Shown in pieces: positions 11,060 through 21,423 of a stretch of DNA of 64,000 nucleotides. Numbering within the stretch: the first letter of the stretch is position 1; each line of letters starts with the position of its first letter. The position numbers were made by a program, and so were the translations under genes. Source of the stretch: Opitutales bacterium (lineage in GTDB: Bacteria; Verrucomicrobiota; Verrucomicrobiia; Opitutales; UBA2987); the NCBI GenBank assembly GCA_965226885.1, contig CBDDEL010000011.1, positions 1-64,000 of the forward strand. Reading direction: 5' to 3'. The notes under the pieces are model-generated. The model was not told where the DNA came from. It was given only the letters and a program-made list of their open reading frames with translations, and made no database searches.

Positions 11060-13182
11060 TTAGGTTGGCACCAATCGGCGGGCCGCATGGTTGAAAAGAC
11101 TGGCCCAAGGATAACTCTCACTTAGGTGAAAGTGAATCGTTCGGGTGTTGCGCACGATGACCGCTCCGATCTTGATTAATTTGAGCCGCAGGGTGTGGCA
11201 TTGGGCCCGCGCCCACTTCGTCCCTTTTAAGGCTAACCGGCGCATGGCTTCCATCAAGGTGTAGGCCAGCGCCGACAAGAGCAATCGCCACTGATTGGCC
11301 CACCATTGATGGGCGCTGGTGCGCTCGCTGAACAATTGCATCTGTTCCTTGATTCGGTTCTCCATTTCACCGCGGCCACAGTATACCTTGTCGTAAAGCT
11401 CCTGGGGATCGCCCGGCAGGTTCGTCACCACGAAGCGCGGGTTGGACCCCTGTGCGGTGTGTTCGGCTTTATGGATGACCAACCGCAGCCATCGCCACGA
11501 ATCGGCAGCATAGACGAAGTCCTGGAATAACCGTTGTTTTTTACCCCTTAGTTCGAACCATTCTTTGGCCTGCTTTTGCAACTGCTGGGCGTCTTGCTGC
11601 AAGCGTGCATTGCGAGCCATCCCCACGATGTAACTAACTTCGTTGCGGTCGCACCAAGAGAGTATCCGGTCTCGACAAAATCCACTGTCGGCGCGCCAAA
11701 TACTCCGCGTACGGGGCCAGCTTTGGCGAATCCGTTTAACCAGCAATTTGAGGATGGCCCCGGCATGCTTGCTGGCATCGATCTTGCTCGGCCGCAGGTA
11801 GGCCACCAGCAGCTGATCACCGCAAAAAACATATAGCGGCAGAAAACAGTAATGATCATAATAACCGTGGAAAAAACGTCCCTCCTGGAGCCCGTGCACC
11901 GGATTGTCGGTGGCGTCAAAGTCCAGGATGATCTCTTCGGGTTCCTCGGCAAAGGAGCCCATGAACTGTTCGACCAACAGCTCGTTTACCGCAAAGGCCG
12001 CCCGCCGATCCTGCCCGTTTTCAAAACGACACAAAGTCGGCGCGCTGGCCAACGTTTCAATGCGCCCCGTTACCGTTTGCAACAATGGATCGTGGCGCAG
12101 GGTATCAAAGTCGTTCAAATCCTCATAGCCCGCCACCAGCCCGTAAACGCGCTGCCGCAGCATCCCCAATACCTCATGGCGTACTTTGCCCTTCTGCCGT
12201 TTGTCCACTAACTGTCGGGCCGCTCGTTCGGTCAAGCCCAACTGCCGATCCACTTCCCGGATCAAAAGCAGTCCGGCATCCGAAGTAACCTCTCCGCCCT
12301 TGAAATCAACCCGCACACGGCGGCCTTTTACCCTTGTCAACTGTAGCTTTAATTGTTGGTAGTGTATAAAAAAAGAATGTTATTTTGTATTTTTAGCTGT
12401 ACAAATAGCGTTAGGCAGTTTATTCTTAGTGCATGGTTACTAAAATTATTAATTGTCGGCACTGTGGAAGTGAAAATATCATTAAATTTGGCAAGACGCC
12501 CAACCATAAACAGCGCTACCGCTGCCATGATTGTGGTAAACAAAGCCGCGAAAACCCCACAGTGAAATACACCGAAGAGCAAAAAGAAATGATCCTTCGA
12601 GTCTATCAGGAACGCAGCAGTCTACGCGGTTTACAGCGCGCCTTCGGGGTGAGTCCCAACACCGTTTTGAGTTGGTTAAAAAAAACGACAATCGCTGCGA
12701 CCGCTCAAAAGCACGATTCTTGCGGCCCGCCGCCATGATGTCATTGAACTGGACGAACTGTGGTCTTTTGTGGGGCGCAAGAGCGATGCCCAATGGGTTT
12801 GGATCGCTCTTTGCCGACGCACCCGTCAAATCCTCTCCTATGCCATTGGGCCTCGGGATTGGTATCGTTGCCGGGAACTTTACGAGCGTCTGCCACGGGC
12901 CTACAAAAGATGTGCCACCTACAGCGACTTTTGGAGCACTTATGATGAAGTCTTTCCTCATAACCGATCCGTGGGAAAAGAGAAACCGGTGAAACGGCCC
13001 ATGTGGAACGATGGAACAATACCCTGCGCCAACGACTGGGTCGTTTCACACGCAAAACCCTCTCCTTTTCCAAGCTTAAGAGTATGCATGAAACCTGTCT
13101 GAGACTTTTCATTCATCAATATAATCAAGAATTAGCCACCATTCCTACTTAATACACTACCTAATTGTTTACCTTTTGTCAT
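11060..13182 (-). pseudogene. IS1380 transposase interrupted near its 5' end by IS1
   Basis: ATG at 13182 separated from ORF 11060..12340 by the IS1 copy. Confidence 0.88.
12358..13161 (+). mobile_element. IS1-family element, copy A (insB frameshifted)
   Basis: IRs GGTAGTGTAT...ATACACTACC; 8-bp TSD TAATTGTT; InsA zinc ribbon CRHCGS...YRCHDC (12433..12738); InsB ELDELWSFV with an extra AG near 12980. Confidence 0.92.
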
Positions 13183-13446
13183 CGCTGATATTGCTTTAAT
13201 TATTGATCTATCCTGCTGTATATCAGCAGTTAAGCATATCAACGATACTTTTTTTACGAAATATCCGGGCTAGCCCGGATATTTCATGAAGGGTAAAGTT
13301 TGGCTCGTTATTGCTATTGGAGATGGATTTCTTTGTATTTTGAGCAGATCGTCTTGATTTTTAGGTGTTTTTCAGGGTGTAGAGACACTGCCCCCTTTCC
13401 CCCATTGGTTCGGTAGTGCCGGGGGCAGCACCAATGCACCCTTTAG

Positions 13447-15013
13447 CCCGGATATTTCATGAAGGGTAAAGTTTGGCTCGTTATTGCTATTGGAGATGGA
13501 TTTCTTTGTATTTTGAGCAGATCGTCTTGATTTTTAGGTGTTTTTCAGGGTGTAGAGACACTGCCCCCTTTCCCCCATTGGTTCGGTAGTGCCGGGGGCA
13601 GCACCAATGCACCCTTTAGGTTGGCACCAATCGGCGGGCCGCATGGTTGAAAAGACTGGCCCAAGGATAACTCTCACTTAGGTGAAAGTGAATCGTTCGG
13701 GTGTTGCGCACGATGACCGCTCCGATCTTGATTAATTTGAGCCGCAGGGTGTGGCATTGGGCCCGCGCCCACTTCGTCCCTTTTAAGGCTAACCGGCGCA
13801 TGGCTTCCATCAAGGTGTAGGCCAGCGCCGACAAGAGCAATCGGCACTGATTGGCCCACCATTGATGGGCGCTGGTGCGCTCGCTGAACAATTGCATCTG
13901 TTCCTTGATTCGGTTCTCCATTTCACCGCGGCCACAGTATACCTTGTCGTAAAGCTCCTGGGGATCGCCTGGCAGGTTCGTCACCACGAAGCGCGGGTTG
14001 GACCCCTGTGCGGTGTGTTCGGCTTTATGGATGACCAACCGCAGCCATCGCCACGAATCGGCAGCATAGACGAAGTCCTGGAATAACCGTTGTTTTTTAC
14101 CCCTTAGTTCGAACCATTCTTTGGCCTGCTTTTGCAACTGCTGGGCGTCTTGCTGCAAGCGTGCATTGCGAGCCATCCCCACGATGTAACTAACTTCGTT
14201 GCGGTCGCACCAAGAGAGTATCCGGTCTCGACAAAATCCACTGTCGGCGCGCCAAATAATCCGCGTACGGGGCCAGCTTTGGCGCATCCGTTTAACCAGC
14301 AATTTGAGGATGGCCCCGGCATGCTTGCTGGCATCGATCTTGCTCGGCCGCAGGTAGGCCACCAGCAGCTGATCACCGCAAAAAACATATAGCGGCAGAA
14401 AACAGTAATGATCATAATAACCGTGGAAAAAACGTCCCTCCTGGAGCCCGTGCACCGGATTGTCGGTGGCGTCAAAGTCCAGGATGATCTCTTCGGGTTC
14501 CTCGGCAAAGGAGCCCATGAACTGTTCGACCAACAGCTCGTTTACCGCAAAGGCCGCCCGCCGATCCTGCCCGTTTTCAAAACGACACAAAGTCGGCGCG
14601 CTGGCCAACGTTTCAATGCGCCCCGTTACCGTTTGCAACAATGGATCGTGGCGCAGGGTATCAAAGTCGTTCAAATCCTCATAGCCCGCCACCAGCCCGT
14701 AAACGCGCTGCCGCAGCATCCCCAATACCTCATGGCGTACTTTGCCCTTCTGCCGTTTGTCCACTAACTGTCGGGCCGCTCGTTCGGTCAAGCCCAACTG
14801 CCGATCCACTTCCCGGATCAAAAGCAGTCCAGCATCCGAAGTAACCTCTCCGCCCTTGAAATCAACCCGCACACGGCGGCCTTTTACCCTTGTCAACTGT
14901 AGCTTTAATTGTTTACCTTTTGTCATCGCTGATATTGCTTTAATTATTGATCTATCCTGCTGTATATCAGCAGTTAAGCATATCAACGATACTTTTTTTA
15001 CGAAATATCCGGG
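13447..15013 (-). mobile_element. IS1380-family element, copy D (inner), intact, 1567 bp
   Basis: IRs at both ends; TTAG duplication at 13443-13446 and 15014-15017. Confidence 0.92.
13616..14926 (-). CDS. IS1380 transposase (copy D)
   Basis: TSDAGLLL, GYEDLND, LDFDATD, RADSGF, RGEMENRIKE; ATG MTKGKQ. Confidence 0.93.
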   Translation of the reverse strand: MTKGKQLKLQLTRVKGRRVRVDFKGGEVTSDAGLLLIREVDRQLGLTERAARQLVDKRQKGKVRHEVLGMLRQRVYGLVAGYEDLNDFDTLRHDPLLQTVTGRIETLASAPTLCRFENGQDRRAAFAVNELLVEQFMGSFAEEPEEIILDFDATDNPVHGLQEGRFFHGYYDHYCFLPLYVFCGDQLLVAYLRPSKIDASKHAGAILKLLVKRMRQSWPRTRIIWRADSGFCRDRILSWCDRNEVSYIVGMARNARLQQDAQQLQKQAKEWFELRGKKQRLFQDFVYAADSWRWLRLVIHKAEHTAQGSNPRFVVTNLPGDPQELYDKVYCGRGEMENRIKEQMQLFSERTSAHQWWANQCRLLLSALAYTLMEAMRRLALKGTKWARAQCHTLRLKLIKIGAVIVRNTRTIHFHLSESYPWASLFNHAARRLVPT

Positions 15014-16324
15014 TTAGGTTGGCACCAATCGGCGGGCCGCATGGCTGAAAAGACTGGCCCAAGGATAACTCTCACTTAGGTGAAAGTGAATCGTTCGGGT
15101 GTTGCGCACGATGACCGCTCCGATCTTGATTAATTTGAGCCGCAGGGTGTGGCATTGGGCCCGCGCCCACTTCGTCCCTTTTAAGGCTAACCGGCGCATG
15201 GCTTCCATCAAGGTGTAGGCCAGCGCCGACAAGAGCAATCGGCACTGATTGGCCCACCATTGATGGGCGCTGGTGCGCTCGCTGAACAATTGCATCTGTT
15301 CCTTGATTCGGTTCTCCATTTCACCGCGGCCACAGTATACCTTGTCGTAAAGCTCCTGGGGATCGCCCGGCAGGTTCGTCACCACGAAGCGCGGGTTGGA
15401 CCCCTGTGCGGTGTGTTCGGCTTTATGGATGACCAACCGCAGCCATCGCCACGAATCGGCAGCATAGACGAAGTCCTGGAATAACCGTTGTTTTTTACCC
15501 CTTAGTTCGAACCATTCTTTGGCCTGCTTTTGCAACTGCTGGGCGTCTTGCTGCAAGCGTGCATTGCGAGCCATCCCCACGATGTAACTAACTTCGTTGC
15601 GGTCGCACCAAGAGAGTATCCGGTCTCGACAAAATCCACTGTCGGCGCGCCAAATAATCCGCTTACGGGGCCAGCTTTGGCGAATCCGTTTAACCAGCAA
15701 TTTGAGGATGGCCCCGGCATGCTTGCTGGCATCGATCTTGCTCGGCCGCAGGTAGGCCACCAGCAGCTGATCACCGCAAAAAACATATAGCGGCAGAAAA
15801 CAGTAATGATCATAATAACCGTGGAAAAAACGTCCCTCCTGGAGCCCGTGCACCGGATTGTCGGTGGCGTCAAAGTCCAGGATGATCTCTTCGGGTTCCT
15901 CGGCAAAGGAGCCCATGAACTGTTCGACCAACAGCTCGTTTACCGCAAAGGCCGCCCGCCGATCCTGCCCGTTTTCAAAACGACACAAAGTCGGCGCGCT
16001 GGCCAACGTTTCAATGCGCCCCGTTACCGTTTGCAACAATGGATCGTGGCGCAGGGTATCAAAGTCGTTCAAATCCTCATAGCCCGCCACCAGCCCGTAA
16101 ACGCGCTGCCGCAGCATCCCCAATACCTCATGGCGTACTTTGCCCTTCTGCCGTTTGTCCACTAACTGTCGGGCCGCTCGTTCGGTCAAGCCCAACTGCC
16201 GATCCACTTCCCGGATCAAAAGCAGTCCGGCATCCGAAGTAACCTCTCCGCCCTTGAAATCAACCCGCACACGGCGGCCTTTTACCCTTGTCAACTGTAG
16301 CTTTAATTGTTTACCTTTTGTCAT
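15014..16324 (-). CDS. IS1380 transposase (copy C)
   Basis: Full-length ORF; stop codon lies in the duplicated target. Confidence 0.92.
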   Translation of the reverse strand: MTKGKQLKLQLTRVKGRRVRVDFKGGEVTSDAGLLLIREVDRQLGLTERAARQLVDKRQKGKVRHEVLGMLRQRVYGLVAGYEDLNDFDTLRHDPLLQTVTGRIETLASAPTLCRFENGQDRRAAFAVNELLVEQFMGSFAEEPEEIILDFDATDNPVHGLQEGRFFHGYYDHYCFLPLYVFCGDQLLVAYLRPSKIDASKHAGAILKLLVKRIRQSWPRKRIIWRADSGFCRDRILSWCDRNEVSYIVGMARNARLQQDAQQLQKQAKEWFELRGKKQRLFQDFVYAADSWRWLRLVIHKAEHTAQGSNPRFVVTNLPGDPQELYDKVYCGRGEMENRIKEQMQLFSERTSAHQWWANQCRLLLSALAYTLMEAMRRLALKGTKWARAQCHTLRLKLIKIGAVIVRNTRTIHFHLSESYPWASLFSHAARRLVPT

Positions 16325-16462
16325 CGCTGATATTGCTTTAATTATTGATCTATCCTGCTGTATATCAGCAGTTAAGCATATCAACGATACTTTTTTTACG
16401 AAATATCCGGGCTAGTGCTGAAAGGTTGGCTTTTTTAAATCGATCCCTTAATTATTAGCCTG

Positions 16463-17386
16463 ATGGCAAAAATCGATTCCAGCCAAGGCATCACCTGGGT
16501 CAGCGTGTGGGTCAATGTGTCTCTCGGCATGGCCAAGTGCCTGGTGGGCTGGCTAGGCCACTCGACCGCCCTGCTGGCCGACGGACTCCATAGTTTGCTC
16601 GACTTGGCTACGGATCTGGCGGTGATCGCCGGCCTCAAGGTTTCAGCCTTGCCATCGGATTCCGATCACCTCTACGGGCACCAGAAATTTTCTACCATGG
16701 GGACGCTTTTTATCGCTACGGTGCTGGTGTTCTCCAGTATCGGAGTGATATTTTCCAGTATCCTTATTTTATGGGAGGGAGGGCATACGGTTCCAGGAAC
16801 ACCGGTCCTTTGGGTGGCTTTGGTTTCTCTGTTGATCAAAGAAATTCTCTTTTGGATGACTCGCCGGGTGGCCCGGCAGGTTAAATCCAGGATTTTAATG
16901 GCCAATGCCTGGCATCATCGCACCGATAGCCTGACTTCTCTGCTCGTGGTTATGGCGATTGCATCGGTCCTCATGCTGGGCGCAGAGTGGTCCCTTCTGG
17001 ATGAGGTGGCGGGAATAACCCTGGGCGGCTACCTCGGGTTCGAAGGTTTCAAAATGATGCGGCAGGCTTTTAACGACTTGGTCGACGCGGCCCCGGAGGC
17101 GGAAATCATTAACGACCTGCGCGAGCATATTTTGCCTAACCCCGGAGTGGTTTCCTACCATGATTTTCGTGCTCGCCGGACGGGCGATTTCTTCGAGATC
17201 GATTTTCATTTGCAGGTCGATCCGTCCCTTACGGTGAAGGAGGGCCACGATATCGCCAAAAAAGTTAAAACCGACATTTTTTCAACCCATCCCGAAGTGC
17301 TGCATGTCCTCGTCCATATGGAACCCGCTATTGAAGAGCACATGTTCGAGCGCGGCATATCGGACAGTAAAAAACCTCAAAATTGA
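16463..17386 (+). CDS. Cation diffusion facilitator family transporter
   Basis: ALLADGLHSLLD, HLYGH, NAWHHRTD, C-terminal EGHDIA...HMEP. Confidence 0.92.
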   Translation: MAKIDSSQGITWVSVWVNVSLGMAKCLVGWLGHSTALLADGLHSLLDLATDLAVIAGLKVSALPSDSDHLYGHQKFSTMGTLFIATVLVFSSIGVIFSSILILWEGGHTVPGTPVLWVALVSLLIKEILFWMTRRVARQVKSRILMANAWHHRTDSLTSLLVVMAIASVLMLGAEWSLLDEVAGITLGGYLGFEGFKMMRQAFNDLVDAAPEAEIINDLREHILPNPGVVSYHDFRARRTGDFFEIDFHLQVDPSLTVKEGHDIAKKVKTDIFSTHPEVLHVLVHMEPAIEEHMFERGISDSKKPQN

Positions 17387-17431
17387 TCTTCCTCTTGCAG
17401 ATTCGACAAATTCATTGAAAGTTGCTCCAAG

Positions 17432-18991
17432 ATGAAGAAAATTGCCTTGGTTTCTGTCTCTAACAAGGAGGGCCTGATTGATTTTGTCCGATCGCTGGTC
17501 AAAGATTTCAAATTCCGTATTCTTTCGACAGGTGGAACAGCCCGGCTATTACGTGAAAATTCCCTGCCGGTCACGCAGATAAGCGATTTCACCGGGGTTC
17601 CGGAAATGTTGGGCGGCCGCGTCAAGTCATTGCATCCCAAGATCTATGCTGGCTTGCTCTGTCGCCGAAATGAGCCTGCCGATCGGGATGAAATGGTGCG
17701 GCACGGGTTCGAGCTTATCGATCTGGTAGTCGTTAATTTTTATCCCTTCGAAGAAATGGCGGCCAAGACCGATACAACCGAAAGTAGGATCATGGAAGCG
17801 ATCGATATTGGCGGCCCATGCATGCTCCGGGCGGCGGCCAAGAACCACTCCGACATCACCGCAGTCTGCGATCCCGGTGATTACGGGCGGGTCCTTGATG
17901 TATTGAGGGACGGCGAAGGCAAATTGACCACCTTGCGAAGCGATCTTGCCCTCAAAGCATTCCAGCGCTGCGCGGCCTACGATTCCGCCATTGCCAGTTA
18001 TTTTGCGGCCGGGCGGGCGGCGCCCGATATGGACGAAATCTCCGGTTTTCCCAAAAAGCTGCAAATAAACTGGGATAAAACTGCGACCCTTCGCTACGGG
18101 GAAAACCCTCACCAGGCAGCTTCCCTCTATGGCAATTTTTTTGACAGTTTCGAGCAGCTTCAGGGCAAACCGTTGAGCTACAATAATATCCTCGATACCT
18201 CGGCCGCGGTATCCTTGATTGGAGAATTCAAAGCGCCGGCGGCGGCCATTTTAAAACATACCAACCCATGTGGCGTGGCCACCGCGGACGATATCAACGA
18301 GGCCTGGAAGCAAGCCCTGGCGACCGATCCGGAAGCCGCCTTTGGCGGCATTCATGTCTTTAACCGGACTGTCGATGGTGACCTTGCGGAGCGAATAAGA
18401 GAGATTTTTTGTGAAGTGATTATCGCTCCGGGATTTCAGCCGCAAGCCATCGCTATCTTGCAAAAAAAGAAGAATCTTCGCCTCCTTGTCTCAAGCGGAA
18501 CCGGTGCCGGAGGTCCGCAGGAATTGCAGGAAATCCGGTCGGTTGTGGGGGGACTCCTGGTCCAGGATGTTGACCGGCGGACCTTTGATCCGGCCCGGGG
18601 TAAAATCGTCACCGAAAGGCATCCCGACAAAGCCGAGTGGGATTCTCTTCTTTTTGCCTGGCAGGTAGTCAAGCATGTTAAATCCAATGCCATTGTTTTC
18701 GCTTTCGGCGGAAGAACGTTGGGTATTGGGGCCGGCCAGATGTCCCGGCTGGACGCCGCCTGGCTGGCCGCCCGTAAAATGAGATCCCACATTAGCGAAC
18801 CGAAGGGGCCCATTGCCGTCGCCTCGGACGGATTTTTCCCTTTTCCCGACACCCTCGAAACGGCCGCCCAAGCGGGCGCCACGGCCGTCATTCAGCCCGG
18901 CGGGAGTATTCGGGACCAAGAGGTCATCGCGGTGGCAAATGAGTTGGGATTGGCCATGGTTTTTACCGGCATCCGTCATTTCCGCCATTAA
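17432..18991 (+). CDS. purH: Bifunctional AICAR transformylase/IMP cyclohydrolase
   Basis: STGGT, GGRVKSLHP, IDIGG, LRYGENPHQ, KHVKSNAI, SDGFFPF, TGIRHFRH. Confidence 0.97.
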   Translation: MKKIALVSVSNKEGLIDFVRSLVKDFKFRILSTGGTARLLRENSLPVTQISDFTGVPEMLGGRVKSLHPKIYAGLLCRRNEPADRDEMVRHGFELIDLVVVNFYPFEEMAAKTDTTESRIMEAIDIGGPCMLRAAAKNHSDITAVCDPGDYGRVLDVLRDGEGKLTTLRSDLALKAFQRCAAYDSAIASYFAAGRAAPDMDEISGFPKKLQINWDKTATLRYGENPHQAASLYGNFFDSFEQLQGKPLSYNNILDTSAAVSLIGEFKAPAAAILKHTNPCGVATADDINEAWKQALATDPEAAFGGIHVFNRTVDGDLAERIREIFCEVIIAPGFQPQAIAILQKKKNLRLLVSSGTGAGGPQELQEIRSVVGGLLVQDVDRRTFDPARGKIVTERHPDKAEWDSLLFAWQVVKHVKSNAIVFAFGGRTLGIGAGQMSRLDAAWLAARKMRSHISEPKGPIAVASDGFFPFPDTLETAAQAGATAVIQPGGSIRDQEVIAVANELGLAMVFTGIRHFRH

Positions 18992-19102
18992 TTGCGCAAC
19001 CGGAGCAATAAAACCGGGGTTTAAACACTCTAGACTACTATGCTTGAAGAAGGCATTATGGGCACTGCAATACGCCATAACCCACCATCTTTGGAAACAA
19101 AA

Positions 19103-19939
19103 ATGAAATCAAAAAACTTGATCCACATTTTAATTTTAACAGCGATCTGCGGCGCCCTTTTTTGGCAAACTTCATGCACTACGGTGCCGGTTTCCGGTAG
19201 AACCTCATTCGGCGGCATGGTTTCCGATGCCGAAGTGATCAAGATGAGCGTCGAGCAGTTTGAGGCCATGAAATCGCAGTTTCCGATCTCTCGAAACCCT
19301 AAATACAATGCCATGCTGCAGGAAGTCGGGCAAAACATCGCCAAAGTGGTGGGATACGATATTATAAACCCCGATTGGGAGTTTGTCGTATTCCAGGATC
19401 CCGGCGCGATCAATGCCATGGCTATGGCCGGGGGAAAAGTCGCCGTATTCACGGGTATTTTCAAAGTGGCCAAAACAAAAGACGACCTCGCCATTGTCAT
19501 TGGCCATGAGATCGCCCACGTCAGCGCCAAGCATGTCAACGAACGGCTGTCCAAGGCCATGGTCGGGCAGAGCGTGGGCCTCGGGTTAGGAATCATCACC
19601 GGCGGAGGCGCGACCCTGTCCGGGTCGGCCATCATGGCGGCCTATGGGTTCGGCAGCCAGCTTGGCGGGCTCGGCTTCAACCGACGTATGGAAACCGAAG
19701 CTGATGAAATCGGGCTTATCTACGCCGCTCGCGCCGGTTATGACCCAAGGGCAGCCATCGACCTTTGGGAACGCATGGGACAAGAGGGCTCCGAAGCGGC
19801 CCCTCCCGAGTTTTTCTCCACCCATCCCTCCCACGGCACCCGCACCATGAACATCCACGCCCAACTGCCCAAAGCCCTCCAGGAATACGAACTGGCCAAA
19901 AGCGGCGGCATCCGCGAAAACATCATCATCATCGAGTAG
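19103..19939 (+). CDS. M48 family zinc metallopeptidase, probable lipoprotein
   Basis: INAMAMAGG, HEIAH, ETEAD, FFSTHP; Cys after hydrophobic leader. Confidence 0.9.
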   Translation: MKSKNLIHILILTAICGALFWQTSCTTVPVSGRTSFGGMVSDAEVIKMSVEQFEAMKSQFPISRNPKYNAMLQEVGQNIAKVVGYDIINPDWEFVVFQDPGAINAMAMAGGKVAVFTGIFKVAKTKDDLAIVIGHEIAHVSAKHVNERLSKAMVGQSVGLGLGIITGGGATLSGSAIMAAYGFGSQLGGLGFNRRMETEADEIGLIYAARAGYDPRAAIDLWERMGQEGSEAAPPEFFSTHPSHGTRTMNIHAQLPKALQEYELAKSGGIRENIIIIE

Positions 19940-20005
19940 GATCTTTTTAATACGAAGAGTAGTTTTTCGTTGAGTTGGAACGGCGTATTGAATTAATTGC
20001 CGTTT

Positions 20006-21376
20006 ATGTTCGATCCTGTTGAGGCGGTTAAGGAACTGGTCCGTTTTCCCAGCGTTTCCACCGATTCGTCCTGTAATGAGGGCATGGAAGGCGCGCGCCG
20101 CAGCCTTGGCGATCTTTTGGCTGGCATGGGGTTTTCGGTCGAAATGGTGGAAACTCCGCTCCATCCGGTCCTGTTGGCCTCAAGGGGAGGAGAGCCGGAT
20201 TGGCCGCACGTCATTATTTATGGTCATTACGATGTGCAGCCGGCCGACCCATTGGAATTGTGGGAATCTCCCGCTTTTGAGCCGGAGGTTCGGGATGGTT
20301 TTCTTTTCGGAAGGGGAACGGCCGACAATAAAGGCCCCCTCATGGTGCATCTGGCCGCGGTGGCCCGGTTATTGGAAAAACACCCAGACGCTCCGCTCCG
20401 CATCACATTTCTGATCGAGGGCGAGGAGGAAATCGGAAGTCCCAGCTTCGGCGGTTTTCTGGAGCGATACAAAGACCGGTTGGCGGGCGATTTCGTTTTG
20501 CTGTCGGACACCCAAAGCCCCAGCCCGGAGCAAATCACCATAACGACCGGCTTGCGGGGGATTATATGTTTAGATGTCGAGTTGACTGGGCCCAGGATGG
20601 ACCTTCATTCAGGCGTCCACGGCGGAGTGGTGCTGAACCCCATCCAGGCCTTGTGCGGGCTTTGCAATTCGCTCTACACCCCGGATGGGCGCATTGATTT
20701 GCCTGGATTTTATGACGACGTTCTTCCGGTCTATGATTGGGAAAGGGAGGAACTCCAGCGGCTCGACCTTGAGGCAAAACATTATGCTGATTTTCTAGGG
20801 GTTAACCAATTTCATACGCCGGAGGATGCCTCGCCCTTTGCCGCCAGCCGTTTTCACCCCTCTCTGGATTTCAACGGCATCGGCGGCGGGTATCAAGGGG
20901 AAGGTTCCAAAACCGTTATCCCGAGCAAAGCTTTTGTTAAAATAAGCTGTCGCCTGGTTCCCGACCAGGATCCGATTAAAATACAGAATCTGTTCATCGA
21001 AACGCTGCAAAAAAGATGTCCTCCGCAAGTCTCCATCAAAATCATTCCAGGACACTCAGGAACGCCCTATTTGGTGGCGCCGCCGGGGAAACCCAACACG
21101 CCGAAAGACCAGTCGCTCATATTGGCCAAGGCATTCGCCGCAGCTGATCAAGCCATTGCGGAAGTTTTTGGAAACCGGCCTTTATACCTGAGAGAAGGCG
21201 GCAGCATTCCCATTATTGCCGATTTGAAGAATGTCTTGGGTCTCGACTCCATCATGCTCGGCATATGCACCCAGGAAAGCAATATACACGCGCCCAATGA
21301 AAATCTTCACCTCGGAATATTCCACAACGGAATCTCCGCATCCGAGAAAATTCTGACCACTTTAGCCGGACTTTAA
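20006..21376 (+). CDS. M20 family dipeptidase
   Basis: YGHYDVQP, GRGTADNKG, EGEEEIGS, DLHSG, GGSIP, HAPNE. Confidence 0.92.
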   Translation: MFDPVEAVKELVRFPSVSTDSSCNEGMEGARRSLGDLLAGMGFSVEMVETPLHPVLLASRGGEPDWPHVIIYGHYDVQPADPLELWESPAFEPEVRDGFLFGRGTADNKGPLMVHLAAVARLLEKHPDAPLRITFLIEGEEEIGSPSFGGFLERYKDRLAGDFVLLSDTQSPSPEQITITTGLRGIICLDVELTGPRMDLHSGVHGGVVLNPIQALCGLCNSLYTPDGRIDLPGFYDDVLPVYDWEREELQRLDLEAKHYADFLGVNQFHTPEDASPFAASRFHPSLDFNGIGGGYQGEGSKTVIPSKAFVKISCRLVPDQDPIKIQNLFIETLQKRCPPQVSIKIIPGHSGTPYLVAPPGKPNTPKDQSLILAKAFAAADQAIAEVFGNRPLYLREGGSIPIIADLKNVLGLDSIMLGICTQESNIHAPNENLHLGIFHNGISASEKILTTLAGL

Positions 21377-21423
21377 GTCTAATGGAGAGCCGGTTTTGTG
21401 AGAGGAACTTTTATTTCGGCAAT

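Larger units (their letters stand above)
10891..13269 (-). mobile_element. IS1380-family element, copy B, interrupted by IS1
   Basis: IRs at both ends; CTAG at 10887-10890 and 13270-13273. Confidence 0.93.
13274..16411 (-). mobile_element. IS1380-family element, copy C (outer), containing copy D
   Basis: Right end 13274-13446, body 15014-16411; CTAG on both sides (13270-13273, 16412-16415). Confidence 0.9.

Noticed and set aside
13274..13446. Apparent MITE or solo 170-bp repeat
   Set aside because: It is the right end of IS1380 copy C, displaced by copy D; the TTAG duplication shows this.
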